Source: an uncultured Candidatus Saccharibacteria bacterium (GTDB taxonomy: Bacteria > Patescibacteriota > Minisyncoccia > GWC2-36-17 > CAYHJU01). Taken from it: a stretch of 64,000 nucleotides of DNA. The translations under genes and the position numbers were made by a program. Within the stretch, counting starts at the first letter, position 1. Each line of letters opens with the position of its first letter. The stretch is taken from positions 598-64,597 of the forward strand of contig CAYHJU010000002.1 in the NCBI GenBank assembly GCA_964357175.1. The letters are read 5' to 3'. The notes beneath the pieces were generated by a model, which made no database searches, was not told the origin of the DNA, and saw only the letters and a program-made list of their open reading frames with translations. This document shows positions 48,355 to 57,331 of this stretch, piece by piece.

Positions 48355-49851
48355 ATGATAAAAAATGTACTGAGTTTAAATTCCATATATGCTAAAAAAT
48401 TCTTCCTAAGTCAGGAGGCATATTCAAACATGGAATTACCTCCGTACTTTGTGTTTAATAAGGTGCTTTTAGATATTGAAAAGTCTTTTGCTGGCAAGCT
48501 TACCCCGAAAGATTTAAATGAGGCAAAGAAAAATGAGACAGTTAACCATATTCTTTATGGAAATAAAGACGGAAAGTATGCGTGGAGAAAATATGAGCTG
48601 ATTAATCCATTACTATACATATCATTGGTGAATATCATCACAGAAAAAAGTAACTGGAAAGTTTTACAAGATCGTTTTAAGGAATTTGAAAAAGACAAAA
48701 ATATTGAGTGCGAGAGTGTTCCAGTATTGCCTACAAGCAGGTCTACGCAAAAAGCGATACAGATTTCGCAATGGGTAAACAATATTGAGAAAAAGTCTAT
48801 AGCTCTTTCACTGGAGTATAATTTTTTATACCAGACAGATATCACTGATTGCTATGGGTCGGTATATACACACTCTTTATCGTGGGCAATCCACACTAAA
48901 GCAGTATCAAAAAATAAGAGAAACTACGGTGATCTTTTTGGGAATAAAATTGATCACCATATTCAAGCAATGTCCTTTGGACAAACAAACGGAATTCCTC
49001 AGGGCAGTATATTAATGGATTTTATAGCAGAGATTGTTCTTGGATATGCAGACCATGAATTATCCGAAAAACTTGCTTCAGCTTTGAAAGGTAGAAAATT
49101 TCATATTTTAAGGTACCGGGATGATTATAGAATTTTTGTAAATGATGTAAGCGATGGTGATACAATCTTGAAATGCCTTGGTGAGGTTTTATTAAATTTA
49201 GGGTTTCGATTAAATACCAATAAAACCTATTTTGACGAAGATGTCGTCTCCGGCTCAATTAAAAAAGATAAGATCGAAGCCTTGAAGTTTGAGTATGTGC
49301 CTAAAAAATTATCAAGAAAAGAATTACTCAGGCAGTTACTTATAGTCCAGCAAATCGGCAAACAATTTCCAAATTCCGGGACGCTTAAAAACAGGCTTTC
49401 AAAGATACTGGATGTAGTTAAGCCAAAAGATTTTTATGCTCAGGAAAGAATCATCTCCAGTCTGCTTACTGATATTGCATACAACAACCCGAACTCTTTT
49501 CCGGTTATTGCCGGTTTAATTTCAAACTGCATCGCCAAATTGCCAAACAAAAGACAAAAGGAGATGGTGTCGCTGATCCAGTCAAAAATATGCATGCTGG
49601 CCAATATCGGCCTTTTAGAGATATGGACGCAAAGAATGTCTATAGGCTTGAAGTTTAAACTCAATTTAAACGAAAAATTGTGCAAGAGTGTTTATGGTGA
49701 CACACAACAGATATTTGAAACTGGTTGGATTAAAGATACGAAGATTAAAAATATCATTGATAGCAATGTTTGTATTGATAAAAAAATAATTGCTAAAACC
49801 AAAGCCAAAATTGAAAACAAAGAAGTGCAGATATTTAATCCTTATAATTAA
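48355..49851 (+). CDS. Abi/UG-class reverse transcriptase, Abi-P2-like
   Basis: KDGKYAWR...INP, TDITDCYGSVYTHS, QTNGIPQGS, RYRDDY, helical C-terminal domain; resemblance to Abi-P2 is from recalled motifs. Confidence 0.8.
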   Translation: MIKNVLSLNSIYAKKFFLSQEAYSNMELPPYFVFNKVLLDIEKSFAGKLTPKDLNEAKKNETVNHILYGNKDGKYAWRKYELINPLLYISLVNIITEKSNWKVLQDRFKEFEKDKNIECESVPVLPTSRSTQKAIQISQWVNNIEKKSIALSLEYNFLYQTDITDCYGSVYTHSLSWAIHTKAVSKNKRNYGDLFGNKIDHHIQAMSFGQTNGIPQGSILMDFIAEIVLGYADHELSEKLASALKGRKFHILRYRDDYRIFVNDVSDGDTILKCLGEVLLNLGFRLNTNKTYFDEDVVSGSIKKDKIEALKFEYVPKKLSRKELLRQLLIVQQIGKQFPNSGTLKNRLSKILDVVKPKDFYAQERIISSLLTDIAYNNPNSFPVIAGLISNCIAKLPNKRQKEMVSLIQSKICMLANIGLLEIWTQRMSIGLKFKLNLNEKLCKSVYGDTQQIFETGWIKDTKIKNIIDSNVCIDKKIIAKTKAKIENKEVQIFNPYN

Positions 49852-49860
49852 AATAAAATT

Positions 49861-50610
49861 ATGTCTGAATATTACAACCCACAACGAACAAGAAGTTTAT
49901 ATGATCCGGCATCGGCTGAGTCCTTTAAGTTATCCCGATCAAAGATTGACCTATTTTTAAATTGCCCAAGATGTTTTTATTACGATCGCAAGCTTGGTGT
50001 CGGCCGTCCACCGGGCTTTCCATTCGCTTTAAACTCGGCCGTTGATCATCTCTTAAAGCTCGAGTTTGATATTCATCGTGTTGCCGGCACAAAACATCCC
50101 CTGATTGAAAAATACGGCGTTGACGCTCGCCCTATTGCTCACGAAGACTTGGATAAGTGGCGACATAACTTTACCGGTATTCAATATTTGCATCAGCCAA
50201 CGAATTTTCTTGTGTTCGGTGCAATCGACGATCTCTGGCAAAATTCCAAAGGCGAATACATTGTCGTGGATTATAAGTCCACTTCAAAAGATGAAGACAT
50301 TACCGAGCTTAATAAAGATTGGCAAATTGGTTATAAACGGCAGATGGAAATCTACCAGTGGCTACTTCGCCAAAACGGGTACAAAGTTTCGAGTACCGGC
50401 TATTTTGTCTATTGCAACGGCCAGACGGACCGAAAGGCTTTTGACGCCAAGCTTGAATTCGATATCACCTTAATCGCTTATAAGGGCGATGATTCTTGGG
50501 TTGAAAAAACTATCACGGAAGCCCACAAGTGTTTGAATGGTAATAAAATTCCCAACGCTGATCCTAATTGCGATTACTGCAATTATGTTCAGGCGATAAA
50601 TAGTAAATAA
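49861..50610 (+). CDS. PD-(D/E)XK nuclease (RecB/Cas4-like)
   Basis: LSRSKI...CPRCF, GAIDDL, VDYKS, QMEIY, terminal CDYC. Confidence 0.85.
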   Translation: MSEYYNPQRTRSLYDPASAESFKLSRSKIDLFLNCPRCFYYDRKLGVGRPPGFPFALNSAVDHLLKLEFDIHRVAGTKHPLIEKYGVDARPIAHEDLDKWRHNFTGIQYLHQPTNFLVFGAIDDLWQNSKGEYIVVDYKSTSKDEDITELNKDWQIGYKRQMEIYQWLLRQNGYKVSSTGYFVYCNGQTDRKAFDAKLEFDITLIAYKGDDSWVEKTITEAHKCLNGNKIPNADPNCDYCNYVQAINSK

Positions 50611-50615
50611 TTATT

Positions 50616-51914
50616 ATGCACAACAGAGATCCACATCAAGCCTTAAAAAGTGAAGTTATTGGGAAAGTCCGATCAGGGACAACTGATTTGGTCTTGGCAA
50701 AATTACAATGGAGTAAAGACGATATCGGTTATAGCCTACATGTGTCGCCAAACACCTTCAGCATCTCAGGTGGTTATCAGGTAACAGATTTTTTAAGCCA
50801 TTTGGGATTTCAGAGGAGTGGATGCTCTTTTATTGATAGTCGGCAATGTTATGTTCGCTGGGTAGATGCGAGTTTTGATCTTAATACTTTTGCTGGCTTT
50901 TTTGATCAAGCATATAGCAATCTAACCGACGCACAAAAGGACTTAGAAAAATGTGGTTTCTTTTTTGATAAACCAGAAGGTTTGGGATATTTTCTTGGTG
51001 GCCAATCTCGTAGCAGACAGCGTGATTTCCAAATGTCTGGAGATGGGCATGCTGCGATGTCAGTAAAGGTAATGAAGCAAAGCGAAGATGACGCTTTTCA
51101 ATACAAATTCACTTGGCTTGAATCCAGCCAAGATAAAGGATGGGTAATACATTACCGCCCAAAGCATCTGCCATTGTCATCTGAGCTTCAAAGCGTTTTT
51201 CAATTTTTAGGAATACATAATTTTGAGCAATGTCCGGAATACGAATTTGAACCATGTTATTGGTATTCAATCGCTTTTGAAGAAAGAGGAGATAGAATGT
51301 TTGATAGCAACGCGAACACTGCTCACAGTTGGTTTGATTCTCATGCACAACATTTCTCAATTGGCATTCAAAAGTTGCTTTCAGCCAATGCCGAAATTGA
51401 AAAATCTGGCCTTACTTTTTTGCCGTTTCAAAAACCGGCAGAACGGTTAAATATTGATATTGAGAAAAGGGTTACCAGACCAAAATCTTCTACCAAACCA
51501 GCGGATATTACTAAATTTGATGTGGCAATATCATTTGCTGGAACTGAACGAGAGCACGCAGAAAAATTAGCTACCATTTTGAAAGAGTCAGGATTTTCAG
51601 TCTTCTATGACGAATTTTATCCAGAATATCTTTGGGGTAAAAATCTAGTTGACACCTTTGATGAGATTTTTAGAAAGCGTTCTCGCTATTGTGTAATTTT
51701 TATTTCAAAGGACTATAAGGAGAGGGTTTGGACTAATCACGAAAGGCAAAGTGCCCAAGCAAGAGCTATCAACGAAAAAGGTAACGAATATATATTGCCG
51801 ATTAAAGTTGATGAGACAGAGCTTGACGGTATGCCACCTACGGTTGGTTATGTGCCTCTCAAAAAAGGAATTGAAAAAATTGGCGAGCTTCTGATTAAGA
51901 AATTAAAGACATAA
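50616..51914 (+). CDS. TIR-domain protein with unknown duplicated N-terminal domain
   Basis: C-terminal FDVAISFAG...VFYD...WTNHE...ILP (TIR_2-type, catalytic Glu present). Confidence 0.85.
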   Translation: MHNRDPHQALKSEVIGKVRSGTTDLVLAKLQWSKDDIGYSLHVSPNTFSISGGYQVTDFLSHLGFQRSGCSFIDSRQCYVRWVDASFDLNTFAGFFDQAYSNLTDAQKDLEKCGFFFDKPEGLGYFLGGQSRSRQRDFQMSGDGHAAMSVKVMKQSEDDAFQYKFTWLESSQDKGWVIHYRPKHLPLSSELQSVFQFLGIHNFEQCPEYEFEPCYWYSIAFEERGDRMFDSNANTAHSWFDSHAQHFSIGIQKLLSANAEIEKSGLTFLPFQKPAERLNIDIEKRVTRPKSSTKPADITKFDVAISFAGTEREHAEKLATILKESGFSVFYDEFYPEYLWGKNLVDTFDEIFRKRSRYCVIFISKDYKERVWTNHERQSAQARAINEKGNEYILPIKVDETELDGMPPTVGYVPLKKGIEKIGELLIKKLKT

Positions 51915-51924
51915 TTCGAATACA

Positions 51925-52233
51925 ATGGAAATAGAATCAAAACAACAAATTTTAGAACGGCGGAAAGAGCTTGAACGAGAACTCGAGGAAATGCTCAAAG
52001 AAACCGAGAGCGATTTTACTTTAGATCATGTCCTGGACGCTATTTATAACGAGGAAGATAACGACGACATGATGAAAGTTGTGGCTATGTTTGATCGTGG
52101 CGGAGAAACTTCGGAATTAAGTAATATTCTTGAAATAACAAATGACGCCTGGAATTATTTTCCGCACAAGGTGCTCGGTGGCATCTCGCCAGCTGAAAAG
52201 TTGTTTGAGTACAATCAAAATAAAAAGCAATAA
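51925..52233 (+). CDS. Acidic hypothetical protein
   Basis: 102 aa, AWNYFPHKVLGGISPAE. Confidence 0.75.
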   Translation: MEIESKQQILERRKELERELEEMLKETESDFTLDHVLDAIYNEEDNDDMMKVVAMFDRGGETSELSNILEITNDAWNYFPHKVLGGISPAEKLFEYNQNKKQ

Positions 52234-52236
52234 TTT

Positions 52237-52416
52237 ATGTCAGACGACAATGAGCCAATTAAAAACGAACCAGCCGAAGAAGCTCCGGACGAGGAAGTCG
52301 CCGAGCTTATGGAAAGTCACGATCTTGATAAAGACACGGCTGAGCGTGTTCAAGAGATTATGGAAGATTTGGGTGTGGACGAGGATGATGCTGTAGAACT
52401 CGAGGAACTTTTGTAA
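52237..52416 (+). CDS. 59-aa hyper-acidic protein (missed by ORF track)
   Basis: Translated by hand: MSDDNEPIKNEPAEEAPDEEVAELMESHDLDKDTAERVQEIMEDLGVDEDDAVELEELL; starts 3 nt after the previous stop. Confidence 0.7.
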   Translation: MSDDNEPIKNEPAEEAPDEEVAELMESHDLDKDTAERVQEIMEDLGVDEDDAVELEELL

Positions 52417-52566
52417 GAGTCATATTTGCTTAACTTTTCCGAAGTTAAGCAAATTGGTTTAAAGTCTCAAAACTCGTTCACAATCGTTTTTGGTTTCCAG
52501 ATTGGTGCAAATCTCTTACTCCGGTCGAACCGCTCGCCCCAAGGGCAAACACGGGGCAAGAACGGG

Positions 52567-52680
52567 TTATACATTCGCGTACTTAGCCAGCATTTCTTTC
52601 ATTTGGTCTAAAACTACAGTCGGATATTTGTATTCGCTTGCCCAGTCAAAAGTTCGGAAATCGTTGAGCAGGGCGAGCCA
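52567..52680 (-). other. Displaced C-terminal coding segment of the integrase at the distal att site
   Basis: Reads WLALLNDFRTFDWASEYKYPTVVLDQMKEMLAKYANV*, sharing the TGGCTC (WL) codons with the integrase/tRNA junction. Confidence 0.75.
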
Positions 52681-52686
52681 AATTAC

Positions 52687-52712
52687 AAAAATCGACTAAT
52701 CGGCGATTTTTT
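52687..52712 (+). terminator. Probable original tRNA-Asn terminator, displaced by the element
   Basis: aaaaatcg...cgattttttt hairpin 6 nt after the second GAGCCA. Confidence 0.6.
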
Positions 52713-52849
52713 ATTGGAAGCGGATTAATGCTCGACCTCGGAGACCGAGGGGGCTTGCCAAAAATTGTTTAATGATGTTATGATGGGGCGGTACTGCTAA
52801 AGTACGGAAATAAGTCGAGTTTCCCTGAACTAATCTTAAAAACAATCAC

Positions 52850-53047
52850 ATGAACGGAACTATTAAAAAGCTTACAGAAAAAGGCTTTGGGTTCATTGCT
52901 CGCGAAGGCGAGGCAAAGGATCTATTTTTTCATTCCAAGGAATTGAAGGGCGTGATGTTTGACGAATTAAAAGAAGGCGACGCCGTCACTTTTGATCTCG
53001 TTGAAACTGAAAAAGGCCCAGCCGCTGTAAATGTATCTCGTGCATAG
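52850..53047 (+). CDS. Cold-shock domain protein
   Basis: KGFGFI, DLFFH, KGPAAVNV; strong terminator at 53056-53104. Confidence 0.95.
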   Translation: MNGTIKKLTEKGFGFIAREGEAKDLFFHSKELKGVMFDELKEGDAVTFDLVETEKGPAAVNVSRA

Positions 53048-53186
53048 ATATTAAAAAAACCATCCCGCCCTTTTGGCTTAGACCAAAAGGGCGGGATGGT
53101 TTTTGATTTGGGTGTTTTCCTATAAACGTAAATGCGGTATGCTATAGGAGGTCGTATTTATTATAATAAATAATAGTTTATAAAAT

Positions 53187-54323
53187 ATGAAAGCTGTAAA
53201 ATACATCATCATTTCGTTGCTTTTCGTTCCATTTCTGGTTTTTGCTCAAAACCAAGCTGTCTCACCAAGCGCGAGTGCGCCCATCGTAAATTCACCAAAG
53301 GCGAGCGCATCTGCGGACTTGCCCGCCGAAGCTTTAGCGAAGGCGGGACTTACTCCCGAAAATCCGTTCTATTTTCTGGATAGATTGGGTGAAACTCTTC
53401 AGAGATTTTTTACCTTTAATCCATCAAGTAGGGCGAGGCTGGAAATTTCTTTTGCCAAAGAACGAATAGCAGAAATAAAACTTGTCCTTGAAGAAAAGGG
53501 CGTTGATGCAAAAGGTCTTAGTGTTGCCGAAACAAGGCTTAACGATAATCTTTCGAGGGCAGCCGCAATTATCGCAGACCAAAAACAATCCGGAAAAGAT
53601 GTGAGTGGTCTTGCTCAAGAGATTTCTAACGATTTTAGTTCCGCGCAAAAAATGCTCAAAAATACCTTCGAGTCAGAGGCTGATGTATTGGAGGCCAAAA
53701 TTGAAGCGCTAAAAGCTAAGCTCAAAGAAGTTCGCCTGGCTGGCGACGCCACTCAAGTTGAGGCGTTGTCAAAAGAGCTCGCTAATCTTAAGGCCCAAAA
53801 AGAACTTTTGGAACAGCACGAAGATAAAAATAATAATGATATCGAAGAGGAAAATGAACATGTTGACGAAGCTTTAGGGATTCAAAAAGAGGCCGCGGAG
53901 AAGATAAAAGATGTTGAAGAAAAAAGGGCGGAGATTTTGGAAGAAGCGCAAGATGATAATTTCACCATACCAGACGGAACGTTTAAGGAGTTTGACGCCA
54001 TTCTTTCACAGGCCAAAGCCGCATTTGGTGCAGGAAAATATCAAGATGCCAAAAATTTGGCAAAAGAAGCCAAGAAAAGCATAAAGGAAATAAAGAAGCG
54101 TTTAGAAAATCTTAAAGACGCTAAAGATGAAAAAGAGATTCAGAAACATGAATTTGAGGATAAATTAAAAGAAGCGGATAAAAAATCAGCAGAGCAAATT
54201 CGAGAAGAAATGAAACAAAGTAGCGAAGATTTGCAGAAAAAACAAGAACAACTAAGAGAAGAACAGAAAAAAATTGAAGAACAATTAAGGGAAGCGAGTG
54301 GCGCACAAGAAGAGAACGACTAA
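53187..54323 (+). CDS. Secreted DUF5667-like coiled-coil protein
   Basis: Signal peptide, AGLTPENPFYFLDRLGE, FAKERIAE. Confidence 0.75.
   Translation: MKAVKYIIISLLFVPFLVFAQNQAVSPSASAPIVNSPKASASADLPAEALAKAGLTPENPFYFLDRLGETLQRFFTFNPSSRARLEISFAKERIAEIKLVLEEKGVDAKGLSVAETRLNDNLSRAAAIIADQKQSGKDVSGLAQEISNDFSSAQKMLKNTFESEADVLEAKIEALKAKLKEVRLAGDATQVEALSKELANLKAQKELLEQHEDKNNNDIEEENEHVDEALGIQKEAAEKIKDVEEKRAEILEEAQDDNFTIPDGTFKEFDAILSQAKAAFGAGKYQDAKNLAKEAKKSIKEIKKRLENLKDAKDEKEIQKHEFEDKLKEADKKSAEQIREEMKQSSEDLQKKQEQLREEQKKIEEQLREASGAQEEND
53322..53347. repeat. GC palindrome inside CDS, encoding PAEALAKAG
   Basis: cccgcc-gaagctttagcgaa-ggcggg; related copy at 25546. Confidence 0.6.
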
Positions 54324-54369
54324 TCAGTATAAGTAAAAACAGCCCCAGGGCTGTTTTTACTTATACTGA
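54324..54369. terminator. Bidirectional terminator, 22-bp perfect stem
   Basis: tcagtataagtaaaaacagccc / gggctgtttttacttatactga. Confidence 0.8.
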
Positions 54370-54409
54370 AATTATTGGAATGATAGAATGAAAAATTAAT
54401 AACCCATAC

Positions 54410-55609
54410 TTAATCAACGGGCCCCTTCTTAATTTTTGAAACAATAATAAAAACAACAAGGCCCAAAAAAGAAAATATTGCCGCATAATACAGGGCCGAC
54501 GATGAACCAAATTTGGTCCATAAAATTCCCCCTAAAACTCCGGCCACCAAAGAAGAAAATCCCAGCGCCATATTCAGAAAACCTTGACCGGTGGCCAGCA
54601 GGTCCTTGCTCAACATTTGAGCGGCCAACATTCTTTGTATTCCATCTGTGGCGGCAGAATAAATTCCTAAAGTTATAAAAAATATTGTCATGGACATAAT
54701 ATGCGACGCTTGGGCTAGCCCCAAGTAAGATATTATGGCGAACAAAAAACCAAAAATTATCACAATTCTACCACCTATTTTATCCGCCAATCGTCCAAGC
54801 GGCACAGAGGCGAGGACGAATATTAGACTATAAACAAAATACATAAGAGGAATTTGTCCAATTGAGCCAATTTCTCTAGTTTTAAGAAGTATGAGTCCAG
54901 TAGGTAACGCACCTAGGCCAAAAATAAAAATGGTCAAGACGATAAAAATAAATTTTTTATTCTCCTTAAAAATATCCCATTTAAGTTTTGTGGGGGCGAC
55001 CTGGGGCCTATCCTTTTCATCATCTCGGCCTTTTTCTTTTACAAGGACAAAACTTCCTATGGCGCCAAGTCCTAAAAAGAAAGAAATGAGAAATAAAACT
55101 CTGTAACTTCCCCCTAAAAATGGCAAAAGAAAGAATGCCAGCAAGGGTCCCAGCGTTGCGCCCAAGGCGTCCATGGCGCGGTGGAGGCCATATGACCTAC
55201 CAAGCTCTTCACGAGGGACGGATTCGGCTATCATGGCGTCGCGTGGGGCGTCTCGCATGCCTTTGCCTATTCGGTCGCCCATACGGAGTCCAAATACTTG
55301 CCAGAAGTTTTGCGCCAGAGTTAAAAATAATCGTATACCAACTGAAATGCTATAACCTAAAACAGCCATGCCTTTGCGTTTGCCAATTTTATCCGAAAAC
55401 CATCCGGAGATAGGTTTGAGCGTGCTTGCCAGAGCATCCGCGGCGCCTTCTATAAAACCGACAAAAAACGCCGGCGCTCCCAAGGTTACCGTTAAAAAAG
55501 CGGGCATTACCGACTGTACTATTTCGGCCGAAAAATCATTAAAAAAACTCACCAACCCTAAAAAGAAGATATTTTTTCTTACGCCAAATATTTTTTTATC
55601 ATTTTCCAT
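54410..55609 (-). CDS. MFS transporter
   Basis: GWFSDKIGKRK and GRLADKIGGR motif A, 12-TM pattern. Confidence 0.92.
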   Translation of the reverse strand: MENDKKIFGVRKNIFFLGLVSFFNDFSAEIVQSVMPAFLTVTLGAPAFFVGFIEGAADALASTLKPISGWFSDKIGKRKGMAVLGYSISVGIRLFLTLAQNFWQVFGLRMGDRIGKGMRDAPRDAMIAESVPREELGRSYGLHRAMDALGATLGPLLAFFLLPFLGGSYRVLFLISFFLGLGAIGSFVLVKEKGRDDEKDRPQVAPTKLKWDIFKENKKFIFIVLTIFIFGLGALPTGLILLKTREIGSIGQIPLMYFVYSLIFVLASVPLGRLADKIGGRIVIIFGFLFAIISYLGLAQASHIMSMTIFFITLGIYSAATDGIQRMLAAQMLSKDLLATGQGFLNMALGFSSLVAGVLGGILWTKFGSSSALYYAAIFSFLGLVVFIIVSKIKKGPVD

Positions 55610-55747
55610 AGCGATTGTTATATTATAGTAACAAAATCATTTTTTAACAATTCATTTTTTATGATATTTAATCTCAGAATGAGGCGTCTGTTTTTGTTAG
55701 TAAAATTTTGTTAAAATTAAAACAATGGTGAATTTCAAAAATAAGTT

Positions 55748-56800
55748 ATGTCAACTGAAAAATTTAAACCGATAAAATTTCCTCAAGACGAGCAAGCGCA
55801 CAGCAGTACAATAGAATGGTGGTACTTTAACGGCCATCTTTTAGGTGAGGACGGTAAAAAATACGCCTTTATGGACTGTTTCTTTAAGGCAGATTCCAAA
55901 AAGGTAAGAATACCCTTTTTAAAATCACTGCCTATAAAAGACGTTTACTTTGCTCATCACATTCTTTCGGATATTGGAAACCAAAAAAGCTATAAAAAAA
56001 TTGATCCTTTATGCTTAATTTCCAAAGATAGTTTTAAAAAAAAATTGCTTTTTGTTAATTACACTACGCCAGTTTTGGTGGGGGAGTATTTTAATTCAGA
56101 AATGGCAGAAAGCGCGCCTTTTAAATATAAAATAAAAACAGAAAATTTTAGCTTAGAGCTTACTTCAAAAAAACCGCCGCTACTGGAGGGTGGTAACGGC
56201 TTCATTAAAGTTTTGGACAAAAAAACACATTACTATTCTTTGACCAGTTTGGACACTAAGGGCGAAATTAAAATAGGCGATAAGATAATAAAAGTTAAGG
56301 GCAAGTCTTGGTTTGACCATCAATGGGCAGACACGTTTTATTCCCAGGACAAATGGACATGGTTTTCTTTACAATTAGACAATAATGCGGAGATGGTTTG
56401 TTTTCAGTATGGCGATGACAAAACCCACGCGCGCCTTGCCAGTATAATATTTTCCGAAGGAGATGTTTTTCACACCAGCAATGTAGATTTCATAAATTTA
56501 AAAGATTTTTGGATAAGTCCTGATACTAAAACAAAATATCCTCTTTCCTGGCAAATCAAGATTCCCGAACTCGATGCTGATTTTAGAGTTGAACCATTAA
56601 TTAAAAATCAGGAAATGACCTTTGGGTTTATAAATTATTGGGAGGGTCCGCTTAAAGTCTCCGGAATTTTGCAGGGAAGAAAAGTTTCAGGCCAGGGATT
56701 CTTGGAGCTTGTGGGATATCTGCCGGGTGTTGGGAAAGTTAAAATAATTGAAAGCGAGATTTTAGAAAAAATAAAAAGATTAGATGAATTTTTTAAATAA
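55748..56800 (+). CDS. CrtC/AttH-like lipocalin-fold protein
   Basis: EWWYFNGHL, WFDHQW, WTWFSLQL, YWEG, GFLELVGY. Confidence 0.85.
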   Translation: MSTEKFKPIKFPQDEQAHSSTIEWWYFNGHLLGEDGKKYAFMDCFFKADSKKVRIPFLKSLPIKDVYFAHHILSDIGNQKSYKKIDPLCLISKDSFKKKLLFVNYTTPVLVGEYFNSEMAESAPFKYKIKTENFSLELTSKKPPLLEGGNGFIKVLDKKTHYYSLTSLDTKGEIKIGDKIIKVKGKSWFDHQWADTFYSQDKWTWFSLQLDNNAEMVCFQYGDDKTHARLASIIFSEGDVFHTSNVDFINLKDFWISPDTKTKYPLSWQIKIPELDADFRVEPLIKNQEMTFGFINYWEGPLKVSGILQGRKVSGQGFLELVGYLPGVGKVKIIESEILEKIKRLDEFFK

Positions 56801-56845
56801 AACACCCGCGCAAAATGCGCGGGTGTTTTATTTTTTAAAGAAAGA

Positions 56846-57205
56846 TTAGTAAGATCTTCTTTGTCTGTGACAATCTCTGCACAAAAGTTGTCCTTCTCTA
56901 GATGGATCTGGTTGGAAAGGAAGTTCTGTGATAGATGCGCCGCAGCTTGAGCATTTCCAGTTTCCCTGGTACATCTGCTTTTGGAAGCTACCGCCTCTAT
57001 CGCCTCTGTCTCCACCTCTAAATCCTCCTCTACTACCACTGAAGGAAGATCTTTTCTGTCTGTGACAATCTTTACAAAGAAGTTCTCCTGTTCGTGATGG
57101 ATCTGGTTGGAAAGGAAGTTCTGTGATAGATGCACCACAATTTGAACACTTCCAGTCTCCCTGATACATTTGTCTTGGAGAGCTGTCGTTATTATCGTAA
57201 GCCAT
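56846..57205 (-). CDS. Tandem CxxC-x17-CxxC zinc-ribbon protein with RGG linker
   Basis: Two copies of MYQG.WKCS.CGASITELPFQPDP...LLC.DC. Confidence 0.9.
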   Translation of the reverse strand: MAYDNNDSSPRQMYQGDWKCSNCGASITELPFQPDPSRTGELLCKDCHRQKRSSFSGSRGGFRGGDRGDRGGSFQKQMYQGNWKCSSCGASITELPFQPDPSREGQLLCRDCHRQRRSY

Positions 57206-57331
57206 TTTGATTTTTGCTTATTGTTGTTAAATCTCGCGACCTTTTGCGATCCGATCAAAACGGCGCTTCTATAAAACTATTCGTTATATAAAATTAAACC
57301 TATTTTGCGTCGAACCTAATTACAGTAACCC

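Larger units (their letters stand above)
35278..52680. mobile_element. 17.4-kb integrative element / defence island at the tRNA-Asn 3' end
   Basis: Serine recombinase at left end; GAGCCA core at 35272-35277 and 52675-52680; displaced terminator at 52687-52712; non-core cargo. Confidence 0.85.

Noticed and set aside
48355-49851. RT as retron, group II intron or ncRNA-dependent DRT
   Set aside because: Only 2 nt upstream and 9 nt downstream, no VTG retron motif or intron domain V seen; YRDD and the N-terminal motifs fit the Abi class better
52426-52699. Plus-strand ORFs of 61 and 69 aa at the element end
   Set aside because: Non-ATG starts and no motifs; the region is better explained by the minus-strand integrase tail and att site
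56850-57170. Near-identical repeat pair as DGR template/variable repeats, given an RT in the window
   Set aside because: Both copies are in one ORF encoding duplicated domains, differences are mostly synonymous and not adenine-specific, and the RT is Abi-like with no Avd gene
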